From an uncultured Bacilli bacterium (GTDB taxonomy: Bacteria; Bacillota_I; Bacilli_A; RF39; UBA660): a DNA stretch of 64,000 nucleotides. Location of the stretch: positions 20,955 through 84,954 of the forward strand of contig CANRCC010000001.1 in assembly GCA_947629025.1 (NCBI GenBank). The letters run 5' to 3'. The notes under the pieces were generated by a model. That model had not been told where the DNA came from. It saw nothing but the letters and a program-made list of their open reading frames with translations, and did no database searches. Below are positions 30,839-40,351 of this stretch, in pieces. The position numbers and the translations under genes were made by a program. The first letter of the stretch is position 1, and each line of letters opens with the position of its first letter.

Positions 30839-31075
30839 CTATTTACTTTCTTTTTTATTCATACCATATCTAGCATTAAATTTTTCAACTGCACTTGCTT
30901 TTGATGCTCTTGTTTGAGTACCTGCATAAAATGGATGACATTTTGAACATACCTCTACATGTATTTCATCTTTTGTAGATTGTGTTGTCCATGTTTCTCC
31001 ACAAGCGCAAATAACTTTTGAATCTTTATAAACTACATTTCCTTGTTTTGCCATTATTATATCTCCTTCCGCCAT
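30839..31075 (-). CDS. rpmE: 50S ribosomal protein L31 (zinc-ribbon type A)
   Basis: CxxC...CxxC zinc ribbon (CACGETW...CSKCHPFYAGTQ). Confidence 0.9.
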   Translation of the reverse strand: MAEGDIIMAKQGNVVYKDSKVICACGETWTTQSTKDEIHVEVCSKCHPFYAGTQTRASKASAVEKFNARYGMNKKESK

Positions 31076-31124
31076 AACTTACATAAAGTTATAGAATTAT
31101 TAAAATCTTCTATATTATATCAAT

Positions 31125-31853
31125 TTAATATTCTTTATGCAAGTCTAATTTATTAATTTTACGCATTATTTCATTATATATTGCTAAATTTCCTTGATTT
31201 GTTATATAAACTTGATTACTTTTTGTTAAATTATTTCTATCTGAGTTTAAAATATCAAATAGATTTATATAGTCAATATTTTTCTTTTCTAACTTATTTG
31301 CTAATTTTTTATTTATGTAATTGTAATATTTGTCATTTTTTGAATTATTAGTATCATTATAATAACCTATAAAATATATATCACATTTATTAATATTTTC
31401 TATTTTTTGAATTAATTTACATACATCCATAATAACTGTATTTAAATATATATAAATTTCATTATCACTTATTAAATCATTATCTATCTTTGATAATTTA
31501 TAATTTATTTCATTATTTCCTATTGATAATAAAAGAATATCTGTTCTTTTTAAAATATTTTGGATAGTTATATTGTCAACCTCATAATTATCTTCTATAT
31601 CATTTATTACATCAATTGTTCTTATATCACTTTTTATAAAATCTTTTGAATAAAATCCTAATAAATTTTCATTATCTAATTTTTCTGATATTAAGTCTGC
31701 AAAATTTACTGATTTTAGATTAGTTGAAAATAATTCTTTATCTCCTAATAAAGTAAGATTAATTTCTTTATTATTTGTTTGGATATATGATATTAAAGCA
31801 ATAAAAGAAAAAAATATTAATAACAGAATTATCTTCATCTTCACTAAAACCAC
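31125..31853 (-). CDS. Membrane-anchored hypothetical protein (weak SGNH/GDSL-like features)
   Basis: N-terminal TM; LLGDKELFS and SIGNNE resemble SGNH blocks I and III, but not convincingly. Confidence 0.4.
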   Translation of the reverse strand: MVLVKMKIILLLIFFSFIALISYIQTNNKEINLTLLGDKELFSTNLKSVNFADLISEKLDNENLLGFYSKDFIKSDIRTIDVINDIEDNYEVDNITIQNILKRTDILLLSIGNNEINYKLSKIDNDLISDNEIYIYLNTVIMDVCKLIQKIENINKCDIYFIGYYNDTNNSKNDKYYNYINKKLANKLEKKNIDYINLFDILNSDRNNLTKSNQVYITNQGNLAIYNEIMRKINKLDLHKEY

Positions 31854-31873
31854 CTTCTATAATTTATATTAAA

Positions 31874-33130
31874 TTATATTTGAATAAGTTGAATTTTAGC
31901 ACCTAATTTTTCTAATTTTATTTGAATATTTTCATATCCTCTAAGTATATAATCAGAATTGTTTATTGTAGTTATACCATCTGCTAGTAGTGCAGCAATT
32001 ACAAGTCCTGCACCTGCTCTTAAATCTGTTGCTGTTACCTCTGATGATACTAACTTTATTGGACCTTTTATATAGGCTTTCTTACCATCTATTTTTATTC
32101 TTGCTCCCATCTTTTGAAGTTCATATAAATTTTGAAATCTATTTTCAAATAAATTTTCCTCTATTGTAGACACCCCTTGTGCTTGTGTCATTACTGTTGC
32201 AATTATTTGTTGTATATCTGTTGGAAATCCAGGATATACTAGTGTCTTTATGTTTGTTGGTTTTAATTTATTTTTATTTGTTATATGAATCTTATCTTCA
32301 TATATCTTTATATCTGCTCCCATCTCAATAAGTTTCTGAGTAAGGGCTTCTAAATGTTCTGGTATTATATTTTCTATTGTTAAATCATCACTTACTACAC
32401 TACCCATTAATAAATATGTAGCTGCTTCAATTCTATCTGGTATTACTTCATGATAACAAGATTTTAGAGTAGATACTCCTTTTATTTTTATTGTATTTGT
32501 TCCTGCACCTCTTATTTTTGCACCCATTGAATTTAAAAACATAGCTACGTTTACTATTTCTGGTTCTTTTGCAGCATTTTCTATTACAGTTAATCCCTTT
32601 GCTTTTACTGCTGCAAGCATTATATTTATTGTTGCACCTACACTTGCTATATCAAGATATATATTATTTCCAATTAATTCTTCTGCTTCAATTATAAACT
32701 TATCATCTTCTTTTGTTACTTTTGCTCCTAGTGCTTCAAATCCTTTTAAATGTAAATCAATTGGTCTAGAGCCTATAGTACATCCACCTGGAAAATAAAC
32801 TTCTGCTTTTTTATATTTTCCAAGAAGTGCACCCATAAAGTAGTAGGAAGCTCTTAATTTTTTTGATAAATTTGCTGGAATTTCTTTATTTACAATATTA
32901 CATGAACCTATATATATGTCACCATCTTCTTTTTTTTCAAATTTTGCATTTAAGTATGTTAATATTTCTTTTAATGCATCTATATCTGATATATCTGGTA
33001 CATTTGATATTCTAACATTTTCATCACATAATATTGCTGCTGGAATAATTGCAACTGCACTATTTTTTGCACCACTTATATTAACAGTACCTTTTAAATT
33101 TTTTCCTCCATCTATTTTTAATATCTTCAT
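31874..33130 (-). CDS. murA: UDP-N-acetylglucosamine 1-carboxyvinyltransferase
   Basis: Full-length MurA (418 aa) with catalytic Cys in CTIGSRPIDLHL. Confidence 0.9.
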   Translation of the reverse strand: MKILKIDGGKNLKGTVNISGAKNSAVAIIPAAILCDENVRISNVPDISDIDALKEILTYLNAKFEKKEDGDIYIGSCNIVNKEIPANLSKKLRASYYFMGALLGKYKKAEVYFPGGCTIGSRPIDLHLKGFEALGAKVTKEDDKFIIEAEELIGNNIYLDIASVGATINIMLAAVKAKGLTVIENAAKEPEIVNVAMFLNSMGAKIRGAGTNTIKIKGVSTLKSCYHEVIPDRIEAATYLLMGSVVSDDLTIENIIPEHLEALTQKLIEMGADIKIYEDKIHITNKNKLKPTNIKTLVYPGFPTDIQQIIATVMTQAQGVSTIEENLFENRFQNLYELQKMGARIKIDGKKAYIKGPIKLVSSEVTATDLRAGAGLVIAALLADGITTINNSDYILRGYENIQIKLEKLGAKIQLIQI

Positions 33131-33281
33131 ATAACCCTCCTAATAAAGTACACAATACCTATATTAACATATGCTTATTTTTTACATTTGTACCTCACAC
33201 ATTTTTATTTTATCATATATATATAAAAATTTATATAATATAAAAAATACTTTTGAAAGTATTTTTTATAATGTAGATTAT

Positions 33282-34691
33282 TTTTGAAAGTGCACAATTG
33301 TTGTGCAGTTAATTTTAAAATCATATATAATATCTTCCAAGCAATTTATTTGTCATATAAAGGAGGTATTATAACTATGGCAAATTATTGTCATCTATCT
33401 TATGAAGATAGAAAAAATATTGAAGATGGATTAAATGATAATAAATCTATCAATCAAATTGCTAAAGAAATTAATAGATGTCACTCTTCTATTTTGAGAG
33501 AAATTGGTAGAAACAAAAAGTATTCTGAACCATCTTGTTGGAATAATTATAAAATCAATCACCCTGATTTAGATTTATCTTGCGAAAGATTAAAACATTC
33601 GCCTTATGTTTGTAATGGATGTAAATCAAGAAGTGGTTGTAGAAAAATTAGATGGACTTATTATGCAAGAGAAGCCCAAAAAACATATGTTGAATTAATT
33701 AAATCATGTAGACAAGGTATTAATCTAAATTACGATGAAATTTATAAAATAAATGAAATTATCAATCCACTTATTAAAAAGGGACAAACTATTAATCATT
33801 TATATATTAATCATCCTGATATTCTTAATTTTAGTAAAAGTTCTTTTTATAAGTATGTTAACAATGGTGTTTTTGAATTTGGTCCTTTAGATTTTCCTAG
33901 AATTGTTAAATATAAAAAAAGAAAAAACAATTCTAATCGAAGAACTCGAAAAGAAAGAGAAATTTTAATTAATAGAAAATACACTGATTTTCTAGATTAC
34001 ACATCTAAAAATCCATATTTAAACATTGTTGAAATGGATACTGTTGAAGGATTACAAACTGAAGAAGATTGTTTTCTTACTCTTTTTTGGAGAAAGTCTA
34101 ATTTTATGCTTATATTTAAACTTGAATCTCAAACTACTGATGAAGTAACTAGAATATTTGAATTTCTCCAAACTTTTATACATGAAGATGATTATAAAAA
34201 ACTTTTTCCAATCATTCTTACTGATAATGGTCATGAGTTCTTTGATGTTAATAATATTGAATGTATTCATAAAACTGGTGAATATGTTACTCATCTTTTC
34301 TTTTGTGACCCTTCTGCTTCTTGGCAAAAAGGTGGTATAGAGAAAAATCATGAGTTTATTCGTTATATTTTACCCAAAGGATCTTCTTTTAAAAATATTA
34401 CTCAAGAAGATTGTGATTTATTTATGAATAACATTAACAGTTTATGTCGTGACTCTTTAAATGGCAAATCACCTTATGAAGCAATGTTATTTCTATGTGA
34501 TGAATATATTCTTAAAAGACTTAATTGTTATTATATTAAACCTGATGACATTATACTTAATGATTCTTTATTAAAGTATTAATTAAAAAAAGATATTTAT
34601 AACTACCCATTATAAATATCAGTTTTGACAAATAAATTGCCTTATCAAATCATTTTACATAATGTGGGCATTGTGCATTTTCTTTTAAAAA
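33282..34691 (+). mobile_element. IS30-family insertion sequence (boundaries approximate)
   Basis: Single transposase ORF flanked by imperfect inverted repeats: left ttttgaaagtgcacaattg...; right ...attgtgcattttcttttaaaaa. Two more IR-like copies further right make the right end ambiguous (may extend to about 34885). Confidence 0.55.
33377..34582 (+). CDS. IS30-family DDE transposase
   Basis: N-terminal HTH (MANYCHLSYEDRKNIEDGLNDNKSINQIAKEIN RCHSSILREIGRN), C-terminal DDE/rve region. Start set at ATG 33377 behind AAAGGAGG. Confidence 0.8.
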   Translation: MANYCHLSYEDRKNIEDGLNDNKSINQIAKEINRCHSSILREIGRNKKYSEPSCWNNYKINHPDLDLSCERLKHSPYVCNGCKSRSGCRKIRWTYYAREAQKTYVELIKSCRQGINLNYDEIYKINEIINPLIKKGQTINHLYINHPDILNFSKSSFYKYVNNGVFEFGPLDFPRIVKYKKRKNNSNRRTRKEREILINRKYTDFLDYTSKNPYLNIVEMDTVEGLQTEEDCFLTLFWRKSNFMLIFKLESQTTDEVTRIFEFLQTFIHEDDYKKLFPIILTDNGHEFFDVNNIECIHKTGEYVTHLFFCDPSASWQKGGIEKNHEFIRYILPKGSSFKNITQEDCDLFMNNINSLCRDSLNGKSPYEAMLFLCDEYILKRLNCYYIKPDDIILNDSLLKY

Positions 34692-34885
34692 TTGTACAAT
34701 TCCTACACTTTTTCGCGTGGAGAAATTTTCTCCTTGCGTTTAATAATATATCACTTTTTTAATTTTTTATCTACTTTTTTATTATTTTTTTCTTTAAAAT
34801 TCATTGAAAAAGTGCATTTTCTTTTAAAAATACACTTTTTTAACTCAATTGCACTTTTTTGTGCACTTTACTTAAAATTTAACGG
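34667..34885. repeat. Cluster of three IS-terminus-like repeats (core gtgca[ct]ttt...ttttaaaaa), incl. 20-bp perfect direct repeat gtgcattttcttttaaaaat at 34672 and 34813
   Basis: Read directly from sequence. Each copy resembles the reverse complement of the left IS end. Confidence 0.5.
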
Positions 34886-34905
34886 TATTTTTTATAAATC
34901 AATAA

Positions 34906-35991
34906 TTAAAGTACTATTTTTACAGTTTCTTCTAAATCTTCATATTGCTCATCTACATATGAAAATACTTTTTGTTTTTTCATTTCTAATAAATCTTTTT
35001 TTGCATTTAATAAATCAATCATTGAAATATCGCCTTCATAGTATCCTGCTTTTTTTAATAATTGACTTGTCAATGTACATAATCCATTAATATATTTTGT
35101 AGGTACTAATCTTTGCTCTATTTCAGCAACTTTAGTTGCAATATCTGCTGGTAATTCCATACCATCTCTTTCAAGTTGTTCTCTTGTACTTAATACATCA
35201 GCTTCTATATATCCTTGTTCATTTACATCAGATCTTGCATATAATTGATATTTGTCTCCATTTTCACCTTCTACAAATGGGTTTGTAGGATTTACTGCTG
35301 CTGCTAAATTACTAATTGATAATTTTGCAGCACATATTGCATATTCTGTCCCTTCATTATTAAGAGAAGAATCCATATTTCCAGTATTTGTATCATATTC
35401 CTTTACTTCTTGGTCTACTAATGCTTCATTTATTTTTTGAGCAGTTGCTTCACTATATGTTCCTGTAGCTATTATCTCTTCGTAAATTTCATTCCATAAT
35501 TCTTCACATTTTATTACTTGATCTATATCTTGATTATCAACTAATAGTTCAGATACTTTTGGAATAGGAAGAGCTTTTACTTCACTATCATATGGTTCAA
35601 AACCAAGTTTTATAGCATTACAATTATCTATTAATTGCAATGTATTATCAGAACATAACATATATTGTATATTTTCTAATGAATCATTTATTTGATCTTT
35701 AGTATAGCCCTCTACATCTCCATTTATAACATCAACTAATGCTCCAACTTCTTCTCTTGAAACAGATATATAGTCATAATATTGTTTATATTCTGTGTAC
35801 GTTTTTTCTGCTATTTCATATTTTCTATTTTCTCTTATTTCTTCATCTGTTAATGCTAATTTTGTTTCTTCTTGTGCAGTTTCTTGTACTTCTGTTGTTT
35901 CAGGTTGTTTTTTGCCACATCCTGTTAAACTTGCTAACATTGATGCTCCAAGCATTGTTGGAAGAAAAATTTTTCTAATTTTATTTTTCAT
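34906..35991 (-). CDS. Lipoprotein of unknown function (361 aa), compositionally atypical
   Basis: Lipobox LTGCG. A/E/Q/T/V-rich composition contrasts with the K/N/I-rich neighbours. Confidence 0.5.
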   Translation of the reverse strand: MKNKIRKIFLPTMLGASMLASLTGCGKKQPETTEVQETAQEETKLALTDEEIRENRKYEIAEKTYTEYKQYYDYISVSREEVGALVDVINGDVEGYTKDQINDSLENIQYMLCSDNTLQLIDNCNAIKLGFEPYDSEVKALPIPKVSELLVDNQDIDQVIKCEELWNEIYEEIIATGTYSEATAQKINEALVDQEVKEYDTNTGNMDSSLNNEGTEYAICAAKLSISNLAAAVNPTNPFVEGENGDKYQLYARSDVNEQGYIEADVLSTREQLERDGMELPADIATKVAEIEQRLVPTKYINGLCTLTSQLLKKAGYYEGDISMIDLLNAKKDLLEMKKQKVFSYVDEQYEDLEETVKIVL

Positions 35992-36008
35992 TTTTTATCC
36001 CCCTTTGA

Positions 36009-37304
36009 TTACATAGTCATTTGCAAACTATACTCTTCAGCATTTGTATTATTAATGTTTTCTTGAAGTTGAACTAAACTTTCTCTAATTTCTGCATATC
36101 TTTGGATTAATGCTTCTTTATCCATTTTTATTGAAGCAGAATCATTTGTTAATTCTTCTTTTTGTTTTTCTGCCTCTTCTTTTGTTATTTCATTTCCATT
36201 GTCATCATAATAATGTACATCTTCATCATCATCTTCTTGTATATCCATATTATCTGGAGTTGATGGTGTTTCAGATTCTACTGTTTTTTCTTCTGTAGTT
36301 TCTTTATTTTCTTCTTGATTATTTTGTACTTGTTTTTCTGCTTCTTCTTTTGTTATTTCATTTCCATTTTCATCGTAATAATGTTCATCATTATCTGGAT
36401 CATTAGGAGTTTCTTGTATTTCCATATTATCTGGAACTGGTGGAGCAGGTTCTTCTATTACAGTTGAAGTGATTTTTTCTTCAGTATTTTCTTCTTCTGT
36501 TGTTGGATCATCTGAAACAACATTTTCTTCTGTATTTGTATCATCTTTAGTTTCTGTTTCTTTTTTATCCTCTGTTTCTTTTTTATCATCCTTATTATTT
36601 TCTTTATTTTTATTATCTTTTTTCTTATTTGTATCATCTTTTTTTGTATCTTCTGGTGTATTACTTGTAGAAGATGATGTATTTGAATTATTTGATGATG
36701 GAGCATTTGTATTGTCTTTTTCTTGTGATTCATCTTTATCTTTTGAATCTGAAAACTTAACCACTGCACCCTCTTTTTCATCATATTCAACTTCCATATC
36801 ATTTTCTTCATAATCTGGTTGTTCATTATATTCACTTTCTATTTGTTTATCATTATCTTTAGGTACTTCATTATTTTTACCTTTAAAATGTACTACACCT
36901 GATATTAGAGTACCTAATAATGCTGCACCAAGTACAACTGGTACAAATATCCTTTTTACTGGATTCTTAATCTTTAATGATTTTATTTCTTCATCTGATA
37001 CTTCATAATCAGAGTCTTCCATTTGATCTGCTATTTCTGACAATGTTTCAGACTTATCAAGATATTTTTCTCTTTCTGACATTATCTTTTCATATGCTTT
37101 ATCATCTTCAATTATTTCATCTATATCTGATGATGTTACATTAGAAAATGAAATATTGTTTTTTTGCATTTGATTTATTACTTCTTTAATTTTTTCATTA
37201 CATTCTGCTTCTAATTCTTCGTCTTCTTCATTAATTGCTCTTTTTCTTAATTTTCTTAATTTATCTAGTTCTTTATAAAATGAACTATATTTTCTATTTG
37301 TCAT
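36009..37304 (-). CDS. Single-pass membrane protein with acidic repetitive ectodomain (431 aa)
   Basis: Cytoplasmic coiled N-terminus, one TM (IFVPVVLGAALLGTLISGVV), D/E/T/N-rich tail with two about 35-aa repeats (...HYYDENGNEITKEEAEKQ...). Confidence 0.5.
   Translation of the reverse strand: MTNRKYSSFYKELDKLRKLRKRAINEEDEELEAECNEKIKEVINQMQKNNISFSNVTSSDIDEIIEDDKAYEKIMSEREKYLDKSETLSEIADQMEDSDYEVSDEEIKSLKIKNPVKRIFVPVVLGAALLGTLISGVVHFKGKNNEVPKDNDKQIESEYNEQPDYEENDMEVEYDEKEGAVVKFSDSKDKDESQEKDNTNAPSSNNSNTSSSTSNTPEDTKKDDTNKKKDNKNKENNKDDKKETEDKKETETKDDTNTEENVVSDDPTTEEENTEEKITSTVIEEPAPPVPDNMEIQETPNDPDNDEHYYDENGNEITKEEAEKQVQNNQEENKETTEEKTVESETPSTPDNMDIQEDDDEDVHYYDDNGNEITKEEAEKQKEELTNDSASIKMDKEALIQRYAEIRESLVQLQENINNTNAEEYSLQMTM
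36150..36440. repeat. Two imperfect about 100-bp intragenic direct repeats
   Basis: cttcttttgttatttcatttccatt...catcataataatg...atattatctgg occurs twice (about 36170 and about 36340). Confidence 0.6.
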
Positions 37305-37422
37305 AATATATTTCCCCCTTCTTTAAAAGACGAGTAGTATATTACCATAATGTTTTAATTTTGTCAAATTATTTTTAGATAATTATTGCTTTGAATGTAA
37401 ATACAATTTTTTTAATGTAATT

Positions 37423-37962
37423 TTATTGTTTTAAGATATATTTATCTATTATTTCTTTTATAAAAAATTTATATTCTGTATCTGTTGTTTCTTCTTCATC
37501 AACTTCTATTAAACATAATGGTGGAAATAACACACACCAAAAGTTATCTCCCTGTGCACTTCCAAGTTTTATAACAAGAGATTCATATTTTCCCTCTTTA
37601 TATGTTATACCTTTATATTCTTTTTTAGGAAAATAATTATATCCATAGTTTACATTAAAATCTTTATCATAATTTGATTTTTTTAAAGTTTCTTTAACAA
37701 GTTCATTTATATTTTCTATATTTTCTTTTATTATCTCTCGTGTTTCTTCTATATTATTAACTCCATTTAATAATTCAAAAACTTTATTTTGAACAGCATT
37801 TCTTACTTGTATTTTTATATTTTGATCATAAATAGTATTACTATTAGCGATTACTCTAAATCTTATTGCTTCATCTGGTATTATTGTTTCTTCTACATTT
37901 TTATTTAATAATATATATCCAAAAGATAATACTGAAAGTAATAATATTATATATTTTTTCAT
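37423..37962 (-). CDS. spoIIR: Stage II sporulation protein R (forespore signal for pro-sigma-E processing)
   Basis: Signal/TM + SpoIIR signature IRFRVIANSNTIYDQNIKIQVRNAV... and ...NFWCVLFPPLC. Confidence 0.85.
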   Translation of the reverse strand: MKKYIILLLSVLSFGYILLNKNVEETIIPDEAIRFRVIANSNTIYDQNIKIQVRNAVQNKVFELLNGVNNIEETREIIKENIENINELVKETLKKSNYDKDFNVNYGYNYFPKKEYKGITYKEGKYESLVIKLGSAQGDNFWCVLFPPLCLIEVDEEETTDTEYKFFIKEIIDKYILKQ

Positions 37963-38007
37963 AAAAAATCATCCTTTCAATTTCTTTATGGATGATTATA
38001 GTCTTTT

Positions 38008-38733
38008 TTATTCAAAATTTTTAATAAAAATAAATCTATCTCTACCTTGCATATCTTTTTTTACTATAATATTTATTTTATCTAAATATTTATTTGCAAT
38101 ACTACTTATATCTTGTGCTTGTGTCATACCTATTTCTAGACAAATAAGAAATTTATCTTTTAATATTTTTGAAGAATTTTTTAATATTTCTTCATAGAAG
38201 TACAAACCATTATTATCTGCAAATAAGGCAATATGTGGCTCATTATTATACACAATATCCATTATTTCTTCATTTTTTGATATATATGGAGGATTGCTTA
38301 TGATTACATCAAATTTTTTATCTATTCCATCATATATATTTGTATTTATAAATTTAATATCTGCATTATTATCTTTTGCATTAATTTTTGCAACATTAAT
38401 AGCATCTTTTGAAATATCTGTTGCAAATATGTTACTTTTACTTAGTGATTTTTTTAATGCTATACTGATACAACCAGATCCTGTTCCTATTTCTAATATA
38501 TCTGGATTCTCAAAATTTTTTTCAATATATTTTATTGAATAATCAACTAATTCTTCTGTTTCAAATCTAGGTATTAATACATTTTTATTAACTTTTATAT
38601 TACAACCATAAAAATCTACATTACCTACTATATATTGAACAGGTTCGCCTTTTTCTAATCTTTTTAAACCATTATTAAGTAAATTTTTATCTAAATATTT
38701 TTTTAAATAATCTATATCGTTCATTTTATTCAT
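38008..38733 (-). CDS. prmC: Release-factor glutamine N5-methyltransferase PrmC (HemK)
   Basis: NPPY motif IISNPPYI, SAM motif I LEIGTGSGCISIAL. Immediately downstream of prfA. Confidence 0.85.
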   Translation of the reverse strand: MNKMNDIDYLKKYLDKNLLNNGLKRLEKGEPVQYIVGNVDFYGCNIKVNKNVLIPRFETEELVDYSIKYIEKNFENPDILEIGTGSGCISIALKKSLSKSNIFATDISKDAINVAKINAKDNNADIKFINTNIYDGIDKKFDVIISNPPYISKNEEIMDIVYNNEPHIALFADNNGLYFYEEILKNSSKILKDKFLICLEIGMTQAQDISSIANKYLDKINIIVKKDMQGRDRFIFIKNFE

Positions 38734-38770
38734 CCTTTTATAAAATTTAAAGATGGATAATTAATCCACC

Positions 38771-39826
38771 TTATTCTCCTGCTAACTTTCTTCTTTGATC
38801 TTCATTTATTAATGCTTCTATTATTTCATCTAGTTTTCCTTGCATTACTCTATCTAACTGCATTATAGTTAAATTTATTCTATGATCAGTAACTCTATTT
38901 TGAGGATAATTATAAGTTCTTATTTTCTCTGATCTATCTCCTGTTCCTATTTTACTTCTTCTTTCATCAGTTATTTCAGCATTATGTTGTTTTTGAATGT
39001 CTTCATATATTTTGCTTTTTAATATTTTCATAGCTGTTTCTTTATTTTTTAATTGACTTCTTTCATTTTGACAAGTAACAACTGTATTTGTTGGTAAATA
39101 TGTAATTCTAACTGCACTATCTGTTGTATTTACTCCTTGTCCTCCAGCACCACTACTTCTATATACGTCTATTCTTAAATCGCTTTCTTTTATTTCTATA
39201 TCTACATCTTCTACCTCTGGCATAACAACAACAGTTGCTGTTGAAGTATGAACTCTTCCTTGTGATTCTGTTGTTGGTACTCTTTGAACTCTATGAGCGC
39301 CTGATTCGTATTTTAATTTTGAATATACACTATCTCCTTTTATCATAAACTCTATTTGAGCATATCCTCCACTTGTTCCTTCAACAGAATTTATTACCTC
39401 TATTTTCCAACCCATATTTTCTGCATAATGAGAATACATATCAAATAAATCTCCTGCAAAAAGATTTGCTTCGTCTCCACCAGCAGCTCCTCTTATTTCT
39501 ACTATTATATTTTTATCATCATTAGGATCTTTTGGTAATAATAATATTTCTAATTCTTTTTCTTTTTCTTCTTTTTTTACTTCTAATGTTGATAATTCTT
39601 CTTTTGCAAAAGAAGACATATCTTTATCATTTAACATTTCTTTTGCAGCTTGTATATCTTCTAATATTTGTTTATATTCTTTATATTTTTCTATTATCTC
39701 TTTTAGAGACGCTTGTTCTTTTGATAGAGTAGTCATAGCTTTTACATCACTTAAAATTTCTGGTTTTGCTAATTCTTCAGTTAAATAATTATATCTTTTT
39801 AGTGTTGCTTCTAATCTATCAATCAT
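38771..39826 (-). CDS. prfA: Peptide chain release factor 1
   Basis: GGQ motif (SGAGGQGVNTT) and RF1-type PxT tripeptide (RVPTTESQGR). Confidence 0.9.
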   Translation of the reverse strand: MIDRLEATLKRYNYLTEELAKPEILSDVKAMTTLSKEQASLKEIIEKYKEYKQILEDIQAAKEMLNDKDMSSFAKEELSTLEVKKEEKEKELEILLLPKDPNDDKNIIVEIRGAAGGDEANLFAGDLFDMYSHYAENMGWKIEVINSVEGTSGGYAQIEFMIKGDSVYSKLKYESGAHRVQRVPTTESQGRVHTSTATVVVMPEVEDVDIEIKESDLRIDVYRSSGAGGQGVNTTDSAVRITYLPTNTVVTCQNERSQLKNKETAMKILKSKIYEDIQKQHNAEITDERRSKIGTGDRSEKIRTYNYPQNRVTDHRINLTIMQLDRVMQGKLDEIIEALINEDQRRKLAGE

Positions 39827-39835
39827 TTTATCACC

Positions 39836-40288
39836 TTATTCCTCTATTTCATCATCATCTATTATTGTTAAGTCTTCCATTTCATCATCTACATCTAAAT
39901 CATCAATAGCTTCATCACTGTAATCATCTTCTAGTGTTTCATTATCATTATCTTCTTCATCTGATTCTAATTCTTCTTGTGTATCTTCTTCATCATCTGC
40001 GACTTCTTCTTCCTCACCATCATCTATTACAACTTTAACTACATGATTTTCTTTTAAATCCCAATTTATACTATCAATTAATATAAATCTTTTATCTGTT
40101 GTTAATGCTGTAAAAAAATCTCCTATTTTTGACTCAAATTCTGATTCTTCAAGTCCTAATAAATTACAAACCTCTTTAAATAAATTAGGTGTATTATATT
40201 GTTTCTTATCTTCTTTCAATATTTCATAAGCTATATCTGTATAACTCATTAATTCTAAATCTAATTTGTCTTTTTTTCTTATACTCAT
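39836..40288 (-). CDS. rpoE: DNA-directed RNA polymerase delta subunit (RpoE)
   Basis: N-terminal HARE-HTH-like domain (SYTDIAYEILKE...LFKEV..LLGL..) followed by a long poly-acidic tail. 150 aa. Confidence 0.75.
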   Translation of the reverse strand: MSIRKKDKLDLELMSYTDIAYEILKEDKKQYNTPNLFKEVCNLLGLEESEFESKIGDFFTALTTDKRFILIDSINWDLKENHVVKVVIDDGEEEEVADDEEDTQEELESDEEDNDNETLEDDYSDEAIDDLDVDDEMEDLTIIDDDEIEE

Positions 40289-40351
40289 AATAAAAATCCT
40301 TTCATTTATAATTATTCATTATATGTATATGTATTACATTATTTTATGACT

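Noticed and set aside
33243-33266. Perfect 11-bp AT-rich hairpin (aaaaatacttt tg aaagtattttt) as a terminator
   Set aside because: It is upstream of murA and outside any convergent transcript. The almost pure A/T stem would be very weak. More likely an IS target-site or palindromic insertion preference; mentioned under the IS finding only.
34692-36835. ORFs 34692..35090, 35252..35440, 35739..36016, 36110..36298, 36458..36835, 36469..36813
   Set aside because: Low-complexity or antisense frames overlapping the lipoprotein and repeat-protein genes or the IS flank. 36458..36835 is a K/Q/I-rich reading of the acidic repeat region on the same strand but wrong frame.
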